From contig JBFMAX010000010.1 of assembly GCA_040755395.1 (NCBI GenBank), forward strand, positions 26,136 through 90,135: a DNA stretch of 64,000 nt, in the 5' to 3' direction. Below are positions 46,411 to 57,421 of this stretch, one piece after another (within the stretch, counting starts at the first letter, position 1; every line of letters starts with the position of its first letter). The stretch is from Nitrospirota bacterium. GTDB lineage: Bacteria > Nitrospirota > Nitrospiria > Nitrospirales > Nitrospiraceae. Position numbers and translations under genes: made by a program. The notes under the pieces are model-generated. The model made no database searches, had not been told where the DNA came from, and saw only the letters and a list, made by a program, of their open reading frames with translations.

Positions 46411-47412
46411 ATGAGCGAATCCGAACCGCAGATTCAGCAGGACACCTGGGAAGCCGAGGACGGCGAACCGGCGGGCACCGATATCGCTGAAGAAGGCGTC
46501 TTCCCCGAGCCGACCGGGTCATCTTCCTCTCAGGAGCGCGACCACGCCGAAGCGACGACGTCTCTCGTCCCGGTCACGGCGCTGCAACAGTATCTGGCCG
46601 AAGTCCGGCGCTATCCCTACCTGACCAAAGAAGAAGAACTCCGGCTCTTTCACGAGTACCGCGTGATGGGCAGCCGCGAAGCCGCCGTCAAGCTCATCCT
46701 TTCCAATTTGCGTGTCTCCGTGGCCATCGCCGCCGAATACCTCCATACCGGCGCCGACCATATGGACCTGATTCAGGAAGGCAACGTCGGCTTGATGCAG
46801 GCGATCAAGAAATTCGATCCGACCAAAAACGTCCGCTTTTATGCCTATGCCGCCTGGTGGGCCCGCGCCTATATTCTCCGCTATCTGCTGAACAACTTCC
46901 GCCTCGTGAAGGTCGGCACGACCCAGGACCAGCGCAAGCTCTTCTACAACCTCAAGAAGGAGAAAGCCAAACTGGAGCGGGAAGGCTTCGTGCCGGACGC
47001 CAAGCTGTTGGCGGATCGCCTGAACGTCCGAGAACGGGACGTGATTGAAATGGATCAACGGCTGGGCAGTTGGGAATTGTCCCTGGACCAGCCGCTGGGC
47101 GAGGACAAAGACGGCACGCTGCTCGACATTCTGCCCTCACAGGATCAGCCGGCGGACGAGCAAATCGCCGATACGGAACTCAGGGCGCTCTTTCGGCGGA
47201 AATTGGCTGAATTCATCAAGACTCTGGACGAGCGAGAAGAGGACATCCTGCGGAACCGCGTCCTGTCCGAGACCCCTCTGACCCTGGAAGACCTCGGCGC
47301 CAAATATGGAATCACCAAAGAGCGGACCCGGCAGTTAGAGGCTCGGATCATCAAGCGCCTCCGCGACTACATCAAAAAGGAGGTGAAAGACTTCGATCGG
47401 TTACGCGCCTGA
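46411..47412 (+). CDS. rpoH: RpoH-type (sigma-32 family) RNA polymerase sigma factor
   Basis: Sigma70 regions 2-4 ([19 protein letters not shown]...). RpoH-box-like [14 protein letters not shown]. Lies immediately upstream of groESL. Confidence 0.8.
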   Translation: MSESEPQIQQDTWEAEDGEPAGTDIAEEGVFPEPTGSSSSQERDHAEATTSLVPVTALQQYLAEVRRYPYLTKEEELRLFHEYRVMGSREAAVKLILSNLRVSVAIAAEYLHTGADHMDLIQEGNVGLMQAIKKFDPTKNVRFYAYAAWWARAYILRYLLNNFRLVKVGTTQDQRKLFYNLKKEKAKLEREGFVPDAKLLADRLNVRERDVIEMDQRLGSWELSLDQPLGEDKDGTLLDILPSQDQPADEQIADTELRALFRRKLAEFIKTLDEREEDILRNRVLSETPLTLEDLGAKYGITKERTRQLEARIIKRLRDYIKKEVKDFDRLRA

Positions 47413-47510
47413 GTCTCCCGGACTAATCGCCACCATTCTTATGCAATTTCAACGACTTAGAGTCAAGGACTCACGCGTTGCGGTGGCCGCCAAGAAATTC
47501 TGGCCCCGCC

Positions 47511-47540
47511 CCCTTGACTTGCCTCCGACCGGCGCTATCT
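47511..47540 (+). promoter_or_regulatory. Candidate groESL promoter (sigma32-like CCCTTGACT-13 nt-CGCTATCT; also readable as TTGACT-16-TATCTC)
   Basis: Compared with the E. coli sigma32 consensus CCCTTGAA-N13-15-CCCCATNT. Confidence 0.45.
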
Positions 47541-47543
47541 CTC

Positions 47544-47560
47544 CTAGCAAATTTTGCTAG
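47544..47560. promoter_or_regulatory. Perfect palindrome CTAGCAAA-T-TTTGCTAG at the predicted groES transcription start
   Basis: 8-bp arms with a 1-nt centre. It is neither CIRCE (TTAGCACTC-N9-GAGTGCTAA) nor HAIR. Confidence 0.5.
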
Positions 47561-47563
47561 CCG

Positions 47564-47596
47564 CCGCCTCCTCTGGGGAGGCGGAATCCGCTTTTT
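47564..47596 (+). terminator. GC hairpin plus T5 (rpoH terminator or groES leader attenuator)
   Basis: ccgcctcc-tctgg-ggaggcgg followed by aatccgcTTTTT. An alternative small hairpin, gcgg-aat-ccgc, abuts the T-run. Confidence 0.45.
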
Positions 47597-47666
47597 AAAC
47601 AACCGGCTTCAAAAGCAGTAGTCGCGACCAATCGCAGACCAAAACCAACAGGAGGAGGGTGTTCGT

Positions 47667-47981
47667 ATGGCCACGGAGACCAAGGAGAAGGAAAAGAAAG
47701 CCTCGACCGCAGCGAAGAATTTTCAGCCGCTCGGCGACCGTGTCTTCATCACATACACGGAGGAGATGGAGCGGACCGCGGGCGGCATTTACGTGCCGGA
47801 CTCCGCAAAGGAAAAGCCCCAGAGAGGCATCGTGCAGGCCGTTGGGAAGAAGGTCGAGAACGTGAAGGTCGGCGATCACGTATTGTTCGACAAATATTCC
47901 GGAAGCAAGCTGCGGATCGACGACGAAGAATGCCTGATCATCAAGGAAGAAGACATTCTGGGCGTGTTCACCAATACCTGA
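47667..47981 (+). CDS. groES: Co-chaperonin GroES
   Basis: FQPLGDRVFI...ERTAGGIYVPDSAKEKPQRGIVQAVG. AGGAGGAGGG lies before the ATG. Confidence 0.95.
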   Translation: MATETKEKEKKASTAAKNFQPLGDRVFITYTEEMERTAGGIYVPDSAKEKPQRGIVQAVGKKVENVKVGDHVLFDKYSGSKLRIDDEECLIIKEEDILGVFTNT

Positions 47982-48057
47982 GCCTGGACGTTGCCCCGTC
48001 ACGCGCGAACCGTTGTCCACAATGACACACTGAGACACACTGAATAATCAACGATAA

Positions 48058-49713
<1,656 letters not shown>

Positions 49714-49726
49714 GAACAGAGCGAAC

Positions 49727-49761
49727 GGCTGATAGCGAATAGCCGTCAGCGGTCAGCTTTG
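49727..49761. repeat. Short heptamer-periodic array (AGCnnnn)
   Basis: ggctgat agcgaat agccgtc agcggtc agctttg. Confidence 0.55.
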
Positions 49762-49764
49762 GCG

Positions 49765-49802
49765 GACGGGCCAAGCGGGCACCCGCTTGGCCCGTCGTTT
49801 TT
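49765..49802 (+). terminator. Intrinsic terminator of groEL
   Basis: gacgggccaagcggg-ca-cccgcttggcccgtc (15-bp stem) followed by GTTTTT. Lies between convergent groEL and glnE-N. Confidence 0.8.
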
Positions 49803-51505
49803 CACCCCCGCTTCAGGGCCCGCACGGCCGCCCGCAGCAGGCGAGAGCGGCCCGGCGTAAAGAAGAGTCGGCGGAACATGGCGTTGACGCGTTCCGTGTG
49901 GCGGCGATAGTCCGCAGTGAAGCGATCCACGGCTGTCTTTCGGTCGCGTCCGGCGTAGCCGAGCCGGATCGCGCAACGCTGTAACTCTTCTTCGGTCTCC
50001 GGCAACGCATGGGTTTGGAGGTCATGCACCATCTGCAGTTTGTGTTCCACATCGCGTAGAAAGACATAGGCCGCCGCCAGCGCCGACTGCTCCGTCGCCG
50101 ACAACAACCCCAGTTGCCGGAATCGACCCAGCGCTCCCAGAGTGCTGCGGTCCAGAATGCGCGGCAGGACTTTCCCGCATATCACCTGGACCGTTTGGAC
50201 GAGAAATTCGATTTCCCGAATCCCTCCAATGCCCAGCTTGACATTCCGCCGCTCATGACCGCGGTCGGCCATTTTCCCGTCGATCAGATCTTTGACCGCT
50301 CGCACCTCTTTCAGAACAGCCTGGACGTCCGCGCCGCGCTGTGAAGGCTCGGGACCGCCAAGAACGAAGGGCCGCGTGAGGCGCAGAAAGGCGCGCCCGA
50401 CCTCTCGGGAGCCGGCGACCGGCCAGGCCTTGAGCAGCGCGAGACGTTCCCACACTTCCCCCCTCGTCCGATAGTACCGGGCATAATCCTCCAAGGATCT
50501 CGCCAACCGCCCGACTGATCCCTCGGCGCGAAGCCTCAGATCCACACGAAAGACATGGCCTTCCCGCGTCGGAGCCGCAAGCGCCTGCGTCAGACGACGT
50601 GCAAGCTGTTCGAAATACTCTTCGTTGGAGAGTTCCTGCCGCACTCCTCGGGCGCTTCCGGCATCGGATGCATACACGTAAATCAGATCGACGTCGGAGC
50701 TGTAGTTGAGCTCTCCCCCGCCGAGTTTGCCCATGCCGATCACGGCAAATCCGGTTTCCACCGTCCGTCCCTTGGCGTCGCGGTGCATCGGGACTCCGTA
50801 TTTCCGTCGCAGGTCCTCCTCGACGATTTCGTATGCAGCCTGGATCAGAACCGCGGCGAGATCGGAGAGGGCGGCGGTGGTGTCCGGCACATCGTCCAGG
50901 CCCAGCAAATCGCGCACGCCGATGCGCAACATCTCCCGGCGACGGAACCGCCTGAGGGCTTCCAGCTTGAGCTCGACCGTCGTCAGGTTGGCCAAAGTCC
51001 GGCGCAGCGCTTGGTCCAAGGACGCGCGCGTCGGCCGTCTTGTCAGGACCTGCTCCTCTATCAGCCAATAGACGAGCAGCGGATCGCGGATCAGCGTCTG
51101 GGCGAGCGAATCGCTGTTGCCGAAAATCACGCACAGAAGATGCAACATGCGGGGCGAGCCATGCAGATATTCGAACAGCGCCGCACGGTTGATGCCGGAC
51201 TGTAGAAATCGCTCCCAATGATTCAATGCCTGGTCCGGATCGGCGGTCCGCGCAACGGATTCCAGCAGATCGCCCAACATCTTCGCCAAGAGATGCCGCG
51301 TGCGGGGTTCTCCGGCCATCGCTTGGATGTTGGCGTCGGCCTGCGCGACATCGGTCAGCCCGTAAGGCTTGAGGATGGCAGCGACTTCGCCGGAATCGAG
51401 TCTGGGCGCCAACAGGAGCGCGCTCGGGTCTGATGATCGCGCGTCGAGTTGAGACACCACCGGTCCTGTGCGCAGAGGGCGGGACACCGAAGCCTTCCGT
51501 GTCAT
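49802..51505 (-). CDS. glnE: GlnE N-terminal-half homologue (adenylyl-removase-type nucleotidyltransferase module) as a separate gene
   Basis: 567 aa. [22 protein letters not shown] matches the N-terminal NT motif of full-length GlnE ([20 protein letters not shown]). Confidence 0.75.
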   Translation of the reverse strand: [567 protein letters not shown]

Positions 51506-51575
51506 GCGGCGGCATTATACCGGCGCGGATAGAGACGCACAACGAATCGCCGTTCAGGTATACTGGCGCAAGAAA

Positions 51576-51657
51576 GCTGTCAGCTATCAGTCATCAGCTC
51601 TGAGCTTTATATCGAACGCTCTGTTCTTGGCTGAACGCTGAGAGCTGACGGCTAAGA
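51576..51657. repeat. Heptamer-periodic repeat array (GCTnnnn / nnnTCAG family) in the divergent glnE intergenic region
   Basis: Left arm gctgtca gctatca gtcatca gctctga gctttat. Right arm gctgaac gctgaga gctgacg gctaaga. Confidence 0.8.
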
Positions 51658-51669
51658 ACTTTTCCTTTC

Positions 51670-53928
51670 ATGACGATTGAAGAACGCATCAATGCGCTCA
51701 AGCTGCTGTGCCCCGATGTAGCGGAAGATATCCTGCGCGATTTCGTGTCGCGCATGGACCCCGACTACTTCGCGCACGTCCGGCCCGACGACATGGCGCG
51801 ACACGTCCGGCTCGCGTCGCGCCTGGACCCGGACCGCCCCTGCCAAGTCCACATTCAGCCCAAGGAAGACCCGTCGTTCGAGGTCGTGGTCGTCGCCTAC
51901 GACTACTTTTCGGAGTTCGCCACGATCTGCGGGCTGCTGTCCGCTTTCGGGCTCGACATCCAGGAAGGGCGTATCTACACGTTCTCCGACGCGGCGCCCG
52001 CCGTTGCGCCGCACATCGGATCGACATGGCCGTCGCGCCGCCCCAAAGCGCGTCCCGGCCTTGCGCGAAAAAAGATCGTCGATCTCTTTCGGGTTCGCCC
52101 CATGCCCGGCGTCGCGTTTTCTCCAGAGGAGCAACGCCGCCTGAGCGACGAATTGGACCGCATGATCCGCCTGCTGGATGCGCGGCAGTTCGAGCAGGCG
52201 CGCCAGCACGTGAACCGGCAGTTGGTCGAACGGCTCGGCAAACAGCGGGGCACCTTCACCGGCCTGCTGCAACCGGTTCAGATCACCTTCGACAACAGCC
52301 AGTCCGCGACCGACACGATCATGGACATCCGCTCGGACGACACGCCCGCGTTCCTGTATGCGTTCGCCAACGCGCTGGCCATGCGGAACGTCTACATCAC
52401 CAAAGCCCAGTTCGAGAACGTGGGTCCGAAGCTCCATGACCGCTTTTACGTCCGCGACCGTAACGGGCAGAAGATCGTCGATCCGGATGAACAGCAGAAC
52501 CTCCGGATCACCGCGGTCCTGATCAAACAGTTCACCCACGCGCTCACCTGGGCCCCCGACCCTGCAAAAGCGATCGAAGCCTTCGATCAGTTTCTGGACT
52601 TGATCCTCAAAGACGAGCGGGGTTCCAAGCGTCAAAAGGGCCTCGACTTCGTCAAAGACAAGAGGTCCTTTCCCCTGCTGGCCCACCTGCTGGGCGCCAG
52701 CGATTTCCTGTGGGAAGATTTCCTGCGCCGGCAGCATACCAATCTCCTGCCGATGCTGGAGACCTATCGGGTCGAGCCGCTCATCAAATCGAAGCAGGAG
52801 CTGGACAAGATCCTTCGGCGGCGCTTGGCGACCTGCAGAACCGACGAGCGGCGGCGGCAGGCGTTGAACCAGTTCAAGGACGAAGAGCTGTTCCGGATCG
52901 ACATGAAGCATCTTCTCGATCCCTCCACGAGCCTTGCCGACTTTTCGTTGGCCCTCACCCAGTTGGCCGAAGCCATCGTAAGTCGGAGCGTGACGGACTG
53001 CCGCGCGAAATTGGATCGTCTTCACGGCCGGCCGAGGCTCCCCGACCGCCGCCTTTGTCCATTCACGGTGCTGGGGATGGGCAAATTCGGCGGCCGTGAA
53101 CTGGGCTACGCCTCCGACATCGAAGTGCTCTTCGTCTATGGAGGCCCCGGCCGGACCGACGGCAGACACCCGCTGGACAACAGCGAGTACTTCGAACGGC
53201 TGGTCCAGGAACTCTTACGCTGGATCGAAGCCAAGCAGGAAGGGATTTTCCACCTGGATGTGCGCTTGCGGCCGCACGGGAGCAAGGGATCGCTGGTCAA
53301 CGCCCTCGACGAAGTCCGGACGTACTACAGTCCCGCGGGGCTGAGCGCCCCGTTCGAGCGGCAGGCGCTCATCAAGCTGCGCTACGTGGCCGGAGACGAG
53401 GGCTTGGGACGGCAGGTCGAAGCGCACCGCGATGCGTTCGTGTACAGTGGAGCGCCGTGGGATCTGGCGACGGCCCTCGACCTTCGGCGGCAGCAGGTGA
53501 AGGAACTGGTCGAACCGGGACGGATCAACGTGAAATACAGCCCGGGCGGGCTGATCGACGTGGAGTACGCCGTCCAGTATCTCCAACTGATGTACGGCCA
53601 TCAGCATCCGACGCTGAGAACCACGAACACGATGGACGCGCTGGCGGCCTTGGTCGAGACGGGACTGGTCGCCCGCGACGACGGTCTGCGTCTGCGCAAG
53701 GCCTACCTGTTTTTCAGAACTCTGATCGACGGGTTGAGGATGGTGCGGGGAAATGCAAAGGATCTGGTGCTGCCCGAGCCGGAATCGGACGACTTCGTAT
53801 TCCTCGCCCGGCGCGTCGGGTACACCGCCGAGGACTGGCAGGCCGGCGCAAGCCACTTACAATCCGACCTCGCCCGCCATATGGCCGACACCCGGGCGTT
53901 TTTCGAGCGACGGTTCGGCGCGGTCTGA
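51670..53928 (+). CDS. glnE: ACT-ACT-GlnE C-terminal-half (adenylyltransferase-type module) fusion protein
   Basis: 752 aa. Two ACT-like units: FEVVVVAYDYFSEFATICGLLSAFGLDIQEGRIYTF and TIMDIRSDDTPAFLYAFANALAMRNVYITKAQFEN...FYVRD. These are followed by GMGKFGGRELGYASDIEVLFVY, resembling the C-terminal NT motif of GlnE. Confidence 0.75.
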   Translation: MTIEERINALKLLCPDVAEDILRDFVSRMDPDYFAHVRPDDMARHVRLASRLDPDRPCQVHIQPKEDPSFEVVVVAYDYFSEFATICGLLSAFGLDIQEGRIYTFSDAAPAVAPHIGSTWPSRRPKARPGLARKKIVDLFRVRPMPGVAFSPEEQRRLSDELDRMIRLLDARQFEQARQHVNRQLVERLGKQRGTFTGLLQPVQITFDNSQSATDTIMDIRSDDTPAFLYAFANALAMRNVYITKAQFENVGPKLHDRFYVRDRNGQKIVDPDEQQNLRITAVLIKQFTHALTWAPDPAKAIEAFDQFLDLILKDERGSKRQKGLDFVKDKRSFPLLAHLLGASDFLWEDFLRRQHTNLLPMLETYRVEPLIKSKQELDKILRRRLATCRTDERRRQALNQFKDEELFRIDMKHLLDPSTSLADFSLALTQLAEAIVSRSVTDCRAKLDRLHGRPRLPDRRLCPFTVLGMGKFGGRELGYASDIEVLFVYGGPGRTDGRHPLDNSEYFERLVQELLRWIEAKQEGIFHLDVRLRPHGSKGSLVNALDEVRTYYSPAGLSAPFERQALIKLRYVAGDEGLGRQVEAHRDAFVYSGAPWDLATALDLRRQQVKELVEPGRINVKYSPGGLIDVEYAVQYLQLMYGHQHPTLRTTNTMDALAALVETGLVARDDGLRLRKAYLFFRTLIDGLRMVRGNAKDLVLPEPESDDFVFLARRVGYTAEDWQAGASHLQSDLARHMADTRAFFERRFGAV

Positions 53929-53937
53929 TCAGACCGC

Positions 53938-54741
53938 TCAGTCCTCGTCGACCACTCCTTCCAACGCCAGCCCGGACAACTCGTCATAGGCCCGCAGCAG
54001 ATCGGAGACCGAGAGCACGCCGATGATCGTGCCGTCCTCAGTAACCGGCAAGTGCCGAATTCCGTTCTCCTTCATAAGGCGGATCGCCTCGGTCATCGGT
54101 TCGGTGTCCTCAATCGTGAGGATCGACTTGCTCATGCACTGCTTGACGGTTGTGGTATTGGGATCGAGGCCGCGCGCCACCGCTTTTCGGCTGAGATCGG
54201 TGTCCGTGATGATGCCGATATATCGAAGGCCGTCATCGACCAGGAGGGACCCGACTTTCCACTTTTGGAGCAGCCGGCCGGCCTCCTTGATCGTCGCATC
54301 CCGATGGATGCTGCGGACATCGTGCGACATGTAGTCCGCCACCTTCACCCCGGCCAACACACTCGTTCGCCCGTTCCTGGAAGCCACCGCCGCCTTTTTC
54401 GCCTCCAGCTCCGAGATACAGCTTTCGATGACGCGCTTCCGCTGCTGAAGGCTTTCGCGATAGATATCCTGCGCCCCCCCTTCCTGCGCCTCTTCGGGCA
54501 AATTGACCAAGCCCGCCGCCTCGCCCAACTTGGCGTACTGGTAGGCTTCCAGTAGATCGGACGCCTCGCCGAAGACCCGGCTGATCAGTTGTTCGGTGGC
54601 GACGTCGAACTCATCGATGGAGGCGGACGACTTTTTTCTGGAGAGAAACGGCTGGAACTTCGCGAGCTGCTGGCGGAACCGTTCGAGGTCCCGGTCAAGA
54701 AACAGACCCCTGCTTAAGCTGGTCTTCATGGGCTTCTGCAT
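53938..54741 (-). CDS. CBS-pair domain protein with an uncharacterised N-terminal domain
   Basis: C-terminal tandem CBS motifs: VADYMSHDVRSIHRDATIKEA...GSLLVDD...GIITDTDL and ILTIEDTEPMTEAIRLMKENGIRHLPV. Confidence 0.8.
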   Translation of the reverse strand: MQKPMKTSLSRGLFLDRDLERFRQQLAKFQPFLSRKKSSASIDEFDVATEQLISRVFGEASDLLEAYQYAKLGEAAGLVNLPEEAQEGGAQDIYRESLQQRKRVIESCISELEAKKAAVASRNGRTSVLAGVKVADYMSHDVRSIHRDATIKEAGRLLQKWKVGSLLVDDGLRYIGIITDTDLSRKAVARGLDPNTTTVKQCMSKSILTIEDTEPMTEAIRLMKENGIRHLPVTEDGTIIGVLSVSDLLRAYDELSGLALEGVVDED

Positions 54742-54864
54742 ATCCGCTCCCTCACCTCGTCATTGGGAGCCCAAGCATACTCCAACGCCATGGGCCGCTC
54801 AAGAGGGGAGGGAGGCGCGGAGAAAGCGCGGGTCTTCCGCCAAGCAGCCCGTTCGGCCGCCGCC

Positions 54865-56280
54865 TCATCCTCCTCCCCGCTTGCCTTGCATCTCTTTCTC
54901 ATAGAATTCCAACATCTGGGCGATTTCATCCTTGGTCATCCCCTTCTCGATCCACTTATGGCCCTCCTTGCGAAGCATCTCTTCCGCCGCCTCGGGCGAC
55001 AACTCCCGCACCAGCGGCAGGAACTTGGTATAGAAATGCTTGGCCACTTCGTAGAAGCCCTGCCAGTGGACGTAATCCGGCGCGACCTTGGAAAGCCCGT
55101 GTCTGGCTCTCCGGCCCTCGTGGTGCCACAGTTCGTAGAACACCCATTCGATCTTTTCGTCAAACGGGGTCGGCGTGATCTTCTTCATTTCTTTAAGCCT
55201 GTCCATCGCCGCCTTGGCCGGTTTTCCAAATTTTTCGTTGTACAGCGTGATCCCCTGGTCCATTTGCGTGAAAAATCGCTCGACAATCTCGGGACTGTGG
55301 CACGAAGAACAGACCTGCTGCATGGCTTTCCGCCGGACTTCGTAATTCTCCAGCCGCGTCGAGATGACCGGACGTAAGGTCCAACTGATCCGGTCGCCCA
55401 CATCGTGGGTCACCTCCTGCGTCGTCGTCGCGCTCATATGGCAGGTTGCGCAAGTGGGATACAAATAATCTCTGCCCGGGTGCCACTTCTCCGCCGGTTC
55501 AGCGAGCTTCATCTTGTCCTTGTTCGCGCTGAACATGACGCCGTGCTTGCTCTCGTAGTACGCCTCAATCTGGGGATGATCCGGTCCCATGTGACAGCGG
55601 CCGCAGCTTTCCGGTTGCCGGGCCTGGGCGACGGAGAAACTATGTCGCGCATGGCAGGCGGAACAGGTCCCCTTTGATCCGTCCGGATTCACGCGGCCGA
55701 TTCCGGAATTGGGCCAGGTAGCCGGATGGAGCTTTCCGTTTTCCATCACCTTGACGACGCTTCCGTGGCAGCCGGCGCATCCGGCCGTGACTACTTCGGG
55801 CCCCTCCACTACGTTGCCCAGGAAATTGTCCAATGACCCGATGAACTGCGCACCCTTGGCGTGGTGGGACCTCGCAAACTCCTGCGCTTCCTTGTCATGG
55901 CAGCGCATGCAGTCTTTCGGCGTGACCAGGGTCGAGACCACCGTGCCGTAGTGGTCAAAGGCGTCAGGTTCGCCCTTCTCCGCCCGGTGGCATTCCACGC
56001 ACCCGATGCCTTTCGGCGCATGCCTGCTGACCTTCCAGTCGTTGATGCCCCCGATCGACACGTCTTTGGCCAGATGGCAGTCGATACACTTCTTGTTCTC
56101 GGCCGAGATGAACGGCCGCAGGCCGCCGCCTCGCCGCTCTTCCACCTGAACGTATCCGACGCCGGTCAGCGCGAGGAACAACACCAAGCACAGCCCGCCG
56201 ATCAGGTAGCGGGTGAAATTCAATTTGCCGTTCGGCGCCGGCTCCTGGTATCGGCTCAGTTCGCCGTCTGTCTCGTCCAC
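54865..56280 (-). CDS. Membrane-anchored octaheme cytochrome c (HAO/octaheme nitrite-reductase-like family)
   Basis: Eight CxxCH motifs: CIDCH, CVECH, CMRCH, CAGCH, CSACH, CGRCH, CATCH, CSSCH. One N-terminal TM helix. GTG 56280 is preceded by GGGAGGAA. TTG 56316 (track start) is an alternative. Confidence 0.85.
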   Translation of the reverse strand: MDETDGELSRYQEPAPNGKLNFTRYLIGGLCLVLFLALTGVGYVQVEERRGGGLRPFISAENKKCIDCHLAKDVSIGGINDWKVSRHAPKGIGCVECHRAEKGEPDAFDHYGTVVSTLVTPKDCMRCHDKEAQEFARSHHAKGAQFIGSLDNFLGNVVEGPEVVTAGCAGCHGSVVKVMENGKLHPATWPNSGIGRVNPDGSKGTCSACHARHSFSVAQARQPESCGRCHMGPDHPQIEAYYESKHGVMFSANKDKMKLAEPAEKWHPGRDYLYPTCATCHMSATTTQEVTHDVGDRISWTLRPVISTRLENYEVRRKAMQQVCSSCHSPEIVERFFTQMDQGITLYNEKFGKPAKAAMDRLKEMKKITPTPFDEKIEWVFYELWHHEGRRARHGLSKVAPDYVHWQGFYEVAKHFYTKFLPLVRELSPEAAEEMLRKEGHKWIEKGMTKDEIAQMLEFYEKEMQGKRGGG

Positions 56281-56320
56281 GGGTTCCTCCCACAACAGGC
56301 GATGGGCACGAGGCAAGTGG

Positions 56321-56381
56321 CTAGATGCGGAGAACGATTGCTTTTTCCTCTAGCCTCTAGCCCATCTCGTCCCTAGCCTCC
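56321..56381. repeat. Heptamer-periodic repeat (CCTCTAG family) with a partial inverted arm
   Basis: Left ggctagatgcggag. Right ctctagc ctctagc ccatctc gtcccta gcctccc. Confidence 0.6.
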
Positions 56382-56383
56382 CA

Positions 56384-57421
56384 TCACATTCTTGTATCCA
56401 GAATCATCAGCGTCGCGACCGCGACCACAACCAGGGTTCCGACCACCGCATTGACGATCGCCATCGGCCAACCCCGTTTCGACAATTCCTTGTCGATAAA
56501 CGGGTACACGACGAACACCACCGCTCCGCCGAACAGGCTCCAAAGCGCGACCGGTCCGGGCAGCAACGTGATCCACATGTACGGCGCCGAGAAATACCAA
56601 GGCGGCGAAACATCCACAGCGACCTCCTGGAGATTGGCCGGCTGGCCGAGGGTCGGAGGAAAGATCATGACCAGATCCACAATCAAGACCAGCAATCCGA
56701 CCGCGATCGCACTCATCGTCAACGTATGCTCCGGGTAGAACGGATGGTACCCCCGGCTCCCCTGCACATCCGCAAAGCCAATGAGTCGGACCACCAGCAC
56801 GTGACCCAGGACGAGGCACGCCAGCAAAACGGGCAAGAGTTTCGTGTGCAAATCGTAGAGCCGCAGAAGTGTGTTGGCTGAGACCTCTTCCCCGCCGCGC
56901 AGGAGATGGAGCAGCGGCGTCCCGACAATCGGCAGCGTCCCCAGCATGTTGGTCACGACCGTCATCCCCCAGTATGAGACGTTGTCGTACACCAACGAAT
57001 AGCCTGTGAATCCCATCGCGAAGGTCACGAACAGCACGATCGAGCCGGTGACCCATTTCAGTTCACCGGGTGCCCGGTAGGCGCGTGTCAGGAAGACGCG
57101 AATCACATGAAAAAGCAAAAACAGGATCATCAGGTCGACGGAAAACTTATGCAGACCGCGCACGAACCAACCGAGATAGATCTCGTTCGTGATCTGCTCG
57201 ACGCTCTCGTAAGCCTTCTCCGGCGACGGCACGTAGTAAAACGTCAGCATCAGACCGGTTGCCACCAGAAGCCCGAACAGGGTGAGCGGAATCGCCCCCA
57301 GCGTATAGGGCCACCAGTCGAGGTGTTGCGGCAGGTCCTTCTGGATGTAGTCGATCCACGTCTTGGTCTTGCCGTCTTGCTCGGCCGATTTGACGTGAAT
57401 CTGCGATACCAATGACTTCAT
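56384..57421 (-). CDS. Cytochrome b (fused b6/subunit IV-type)
   Basis: Helix B GLHKFSVDLMILFLLFH (H-x13-H) and helix D LHTKLLPVLLACLVLGH (H-x14-H), ~8 TM segments. ATG 57421 overlaps the Rieske stop (ATGA). Confidence 0.85.
   Translation of the reverse strand: MKSLVSQIHVKSAEQDGKTKTWIDYIQKDLPQHLDWWPYTLGAIPLTLFGLLVATGLMLTFYYVPSPEKAYESVEQITNEIYLGWFVRGLHKFSVDLMILFLLFHVIRVFLTRAYRAPGELKWVTGSIVLFVTFAMGFTGYSLVYDNVSYWGMTVVTNMLGTLPIVGTPLLHLLRGGEEVSANTLLRLYDLHTKLLPVLLACLVLGHVLVVRLIGFADVQGSRGYHPFYPEHTLTMSAIAVGLLVLIVDLVMIFPPTLGQPANLQEVAVDVSPPWYFSAPYMWITLLPGPVALWSLFGGAVVFVVYPFIDKELSKRGWPMAIVNAVVGTLVVVAVATLMILDTRM

Noticed and set aside
46253-46522. N-terminal 90 codons of the track uvrB ORF, and a possible LexA box
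   Set aside because: Canonical UvrB begins at [10 protein letters not shown] with a GGAGGAG SD. The extension overlaps rpoH and its promoter. The GTTC/GAAC motifs in the region do not fit any LexA-box spacing I know.
47461-47666. CIRCE (HrcA operator) upstream of groES
   Set aside because: No TTAGCACTC-N9-GAGTGCTAA-like element is present. Only the unrelated CTAGCAAA-T-TTTGCTAG palindrome is there.
51564-51577. Sigma54-like TGGCGC-N6-GC in the glnE divergent region
   Set aside because: The GG-to-GC spacing is one nucleotide too short, and the -12 region lacks TTGC.
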